DNA of 64,000 nt from Isurus oxyrinchus (Eukaryota): the NCBI GenBank assembly GCA_026770705.1, contig JANJGN010000140.1, forward strand, positions 1,054,001 to 1,118,000, given 5' to 3'. Below, piece after piece: positions 62,169 to 64,000 of this stretch. The notes under the pieces are model-generated. The model had not been told where the DNA came from and ran no database searches. It saw only the letters and a list, made by a program, of their open reading frames with translations. The translations under genes and the position numbers were made by a program. Positions within the stretch are counted from its first letter, which is position 1. Each line of letters opens with the position of its first letter.

Positions 62169-62206
62169 GGTTTTTGTATGAGGATGTCGCTGTGCACAGC
62201 ACTGTG
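62169..62206 (-). promoter_or_regulatory. DH1 3' RSS, 22-bp spacer
   Basis: CACAGTG (62206-62200), spacer 62199-62178 = 22 bp, consensus ACAAAAACC (62177-62169). Confidence 0.93.
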
Positions 62207-62220
62207 ACCCACTGTAGTAT
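62207..62220 (-). CDS. DH1 diversity segment ATACTACAGTGGGT (frames ILQW / YYSG / TTVG)
   Basis: 14 bp between two outward-facing CACAGTG heptamers (62221-62227 on plus, 62206-62200 on minus). Confidence 0.93.
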
Positions 62221-62248
62221 CACAGTGAAATACAGACGCACAAAAACT
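62221..62248 (+). promoter_or_regulatory. DH1 5' RSS, 12-bp spacer
   Basis: CACAGTG, 12 bp AAATACAGACGC, ACAAAAACT. Confidence 0.95.
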
Positions 62249-62616
62249 GCACCTGCTCTGTTCAGTGCTGCTTCCCAATCTTCACTTCAAATAGTCGTTT
62301 ACTTCTGATCCGGTTTAGAATTCATGCAGCAATTTACAAAACTCAATGAATAGAGACCCTCCTCCAAGTGTCAGGCAGGTTAAAATGAGTATTATATCCA
62401 GGTCTGTAATTGCGGAAGCTGTTAACAGTAAATATAAACACAGCGAAAAGCTCAGCCAATTATATCGATTGGTTTGTTAGGTTTTCTGTTAAATTTGCTG
62501 TTTTACTTTTGTCACAAGTGGCTTGTTGTCTGGTTCTGATCATTACAGTTAATAATACATTTAAAACAAGTACTGACCGTCAGATTACGATGGAAGTTGT
62601 TGAGTCCCTCTCGATC

Positions 62617-62655
62617 TGTTCTTGTTCGGGTCCAGCCCTGGTTCCTTTCGCTGTG
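62617..62655 (-). promoter_or_regulatory. VH recombination signal sequence, 23-bp spacer
   Basis: Heptamer CACAGCG (62655-62649), spacer 62648-62626 = 23 bp, nonamer ACAAGAACA (62625-62617). Confidence 0.95.
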
Positions 62656-62961
62656 ACTCGCTTGCACAGTAATAGATGGCGGTGTCTTCAATCTTCAGGT
62701 TCGTCATGTCCAAGGAGAAAATGCTCATTGAAGTGTCTTTGGACGCCGTAAATCGATTCTTAATTGCTGGGGCATAGCTGTTGTCCGATGAATCATCGTA
62801 GTAAACCAGCCATTCCAGCCCTTGTCCGGGAACCTGTCGGACCCAGTTCATGCCGTAGCTGTCAAGATCGAAGCCGCTGGTTTTACAGGTCAGTCTCAGG
62901 GTGCCTCCGGGACGCCCGGTCTCTGCCTCTGGCTGAGTCAACACAACATCCGACTGGACAC
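62656..62961 (-). CDS. IGHV: Germline VH exon ([31 protein letters not shown]...WVRQ...YYCASE)
   Basis: Acceptor TTTTTACAG at 62962; open frame with both canonical Cys, WVRQ and DTAIYYC; followed directly by an RSS. Confidence 0.97.
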
Positions 62962-63088
62962 CTGTAAAAATATATCAAAAACCCCGAAGATTAACCCTGG
63001 TGAAATGATTCCTGACTCTGTAACATTCTAGAGAGAGACTAACACAGACAGTAACAGTGAGAGACTTGGACAATAAAAAACTACTCAC

Positions 63089-63134
63089 GGGATAAGAAAG
63101 TCAGCAACAAACTGAGAGAAATCGCCGACCTCAT
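63089..63134 (-). CDS. IGHV: IgH V leader exon (MRSAISLSLLLTFLS + 1 nt)
   Basis: ATG at 63134-63132; 46 nt hydrophobic signal peptide ending phase 1 before donor GTGAGT at 63088; 127-bp intron to the V exon; an extra in-frame ATG lies at 63146. Confidence 0.95.
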
Positions 63135-63225
63135 CCTTCTGGTCATCTGGGGAAAATGGTTCTGTCCAGAACTCAGTGAACAAACCAGCTCCCGGACTGT
63201 TGAATTCCGGCCCCAGAGAGCGGCA

Positions 63226-63310
63226 TTTAAATACCCGGCAGAAGGGGGCGGGATTCCAGGCGCCGCCTGTTGATTCCCCCTAGAGGCGGCGACTGGATCC
63301 ACGCCCCACC
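63226..63310 (-). promoter_or_regulatory. VH promoter: TATA-like TATTTAAA and GC boxes
   Basis: TATTTAAA at 63233-63226, ~95 bp upstream of the ATG; GGGGCGGG near 63245; CpG-rich; no ATGCAAAT octamer seen up to the window end. Confidence 0.7.
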
Positions 63311-64000
63311 TTCCACATCCCCAACAGAATGGACTCAGATATTTACAATAGGTTATTGTTAAAAGTGGGCATTTTATCTGTATCGGGATATAGTTCATAA
63401 AAATGATTAATTCAAATGTAAATTAAGTCCATTTATTTCTGCACTACTTCACAGCGGGTTGAATCTAAAAAAATAAGTTATATTAACAGGGAATAAAGGG
63501 GCTGTCAGTCTGTTTTGCAGCAACTCCGGGTCTCTATCTCATTACAGCAATAAAGTATCATTAGTCATTGGAATTATTATTGATTTATGTAATTAAATGC
63601 GGGCGATGAACAAAGTGATATTATTTACAAAATGGGTGGCTATGGCCATACAGTTTGGGTCCAGAGATAAGAAGAAACTCATCACATTATACAATGTCCC
63701 TCCTTGCATTTCTCGAATTGCTCCTGACCCGAAGACAGCCCTGTGGAAATTAGCGGAAAAAGAAGACCACCGGCCTGATAATTAAACAGTAAGTTGACAG
63801 AGAAACGTAAAATTTACATCAACTTTTGACAGAGAAGTTAATGAATCAGAACGGACACGGAGATCAGTAAAGTTATCCTTCAGCATCCAAATCATTGCAG
63901 GTAATTCTATTGGCCACCGGTTGTCTACCATTCACTGGTATTGGGAACACAGGATATCAGGACTTTGGGGCATATTACACAATAGCACAAGAATAAATGT

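Noticed and set aside
62188-62200. Second heptamer (CACAGCG) in the palindrome GCTGTGCACAGC within the D1 3' spacer, as an alternative 12-RSS
   Set aside because: It lies only 10 bp from the nonamer, outside the tolerated 12 +/- 1
61383-62961. Germline-joined VD or VDJ gene
   Set aside because: All six RSSs and the intersegment spacers are present

Overview
Eukaryotic DNA from a cartilaginous fish (shark; the VH leader and FR1 resemble horn-shark-type VH genes, but the species cannot be fixed from the sequence). The right third (41.5-63.3 kb, minus strand) is one complete, unrearranged, apparently intact IgM heavy-chain cluster: promoter, leader, VH-RSS23, RSS12-D1-RSS22, RSS12-D2-RSS12, RSS23-JH, a ~13.3 kb J-C intron, Cmu1-Cmu4 with secretory tailpiece, TM1 and TM2, all in frame with canonical splice sites. 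The J-C intron holds an AT-rich, octamer/E-box-containing block near JH and a ~3.4 kb 24-bp tandem array that is G-rich on the non-template strand, the best candidate here for an undescribed switch-region-like element. Just 3' of the Ig cluster (34-40 kb) is a set of decayed plus-strand tRNA genes (Glu x4, Leu, Ser, Thr). At 15-28 kb is a C2H2 zinc-finger gene cluster with two convergent paralogous units, each with a CpG-rich promoter and a premature stop, plus remnants. Near 5.6-5.8 kb is a disabled first coding exon of a D2-type dopamine receptor. The rest is CR1 and L2 LINE fragments, tRNA-derived SINEs, Penelope-like fragments with hammerhead-like motifs, a MITE, a Gypsy gag fragment, minisatellites and two N gaps. 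Repeat boundaries are approximate because they were read by eye; family assignments come from remembered motifs, not database searches.
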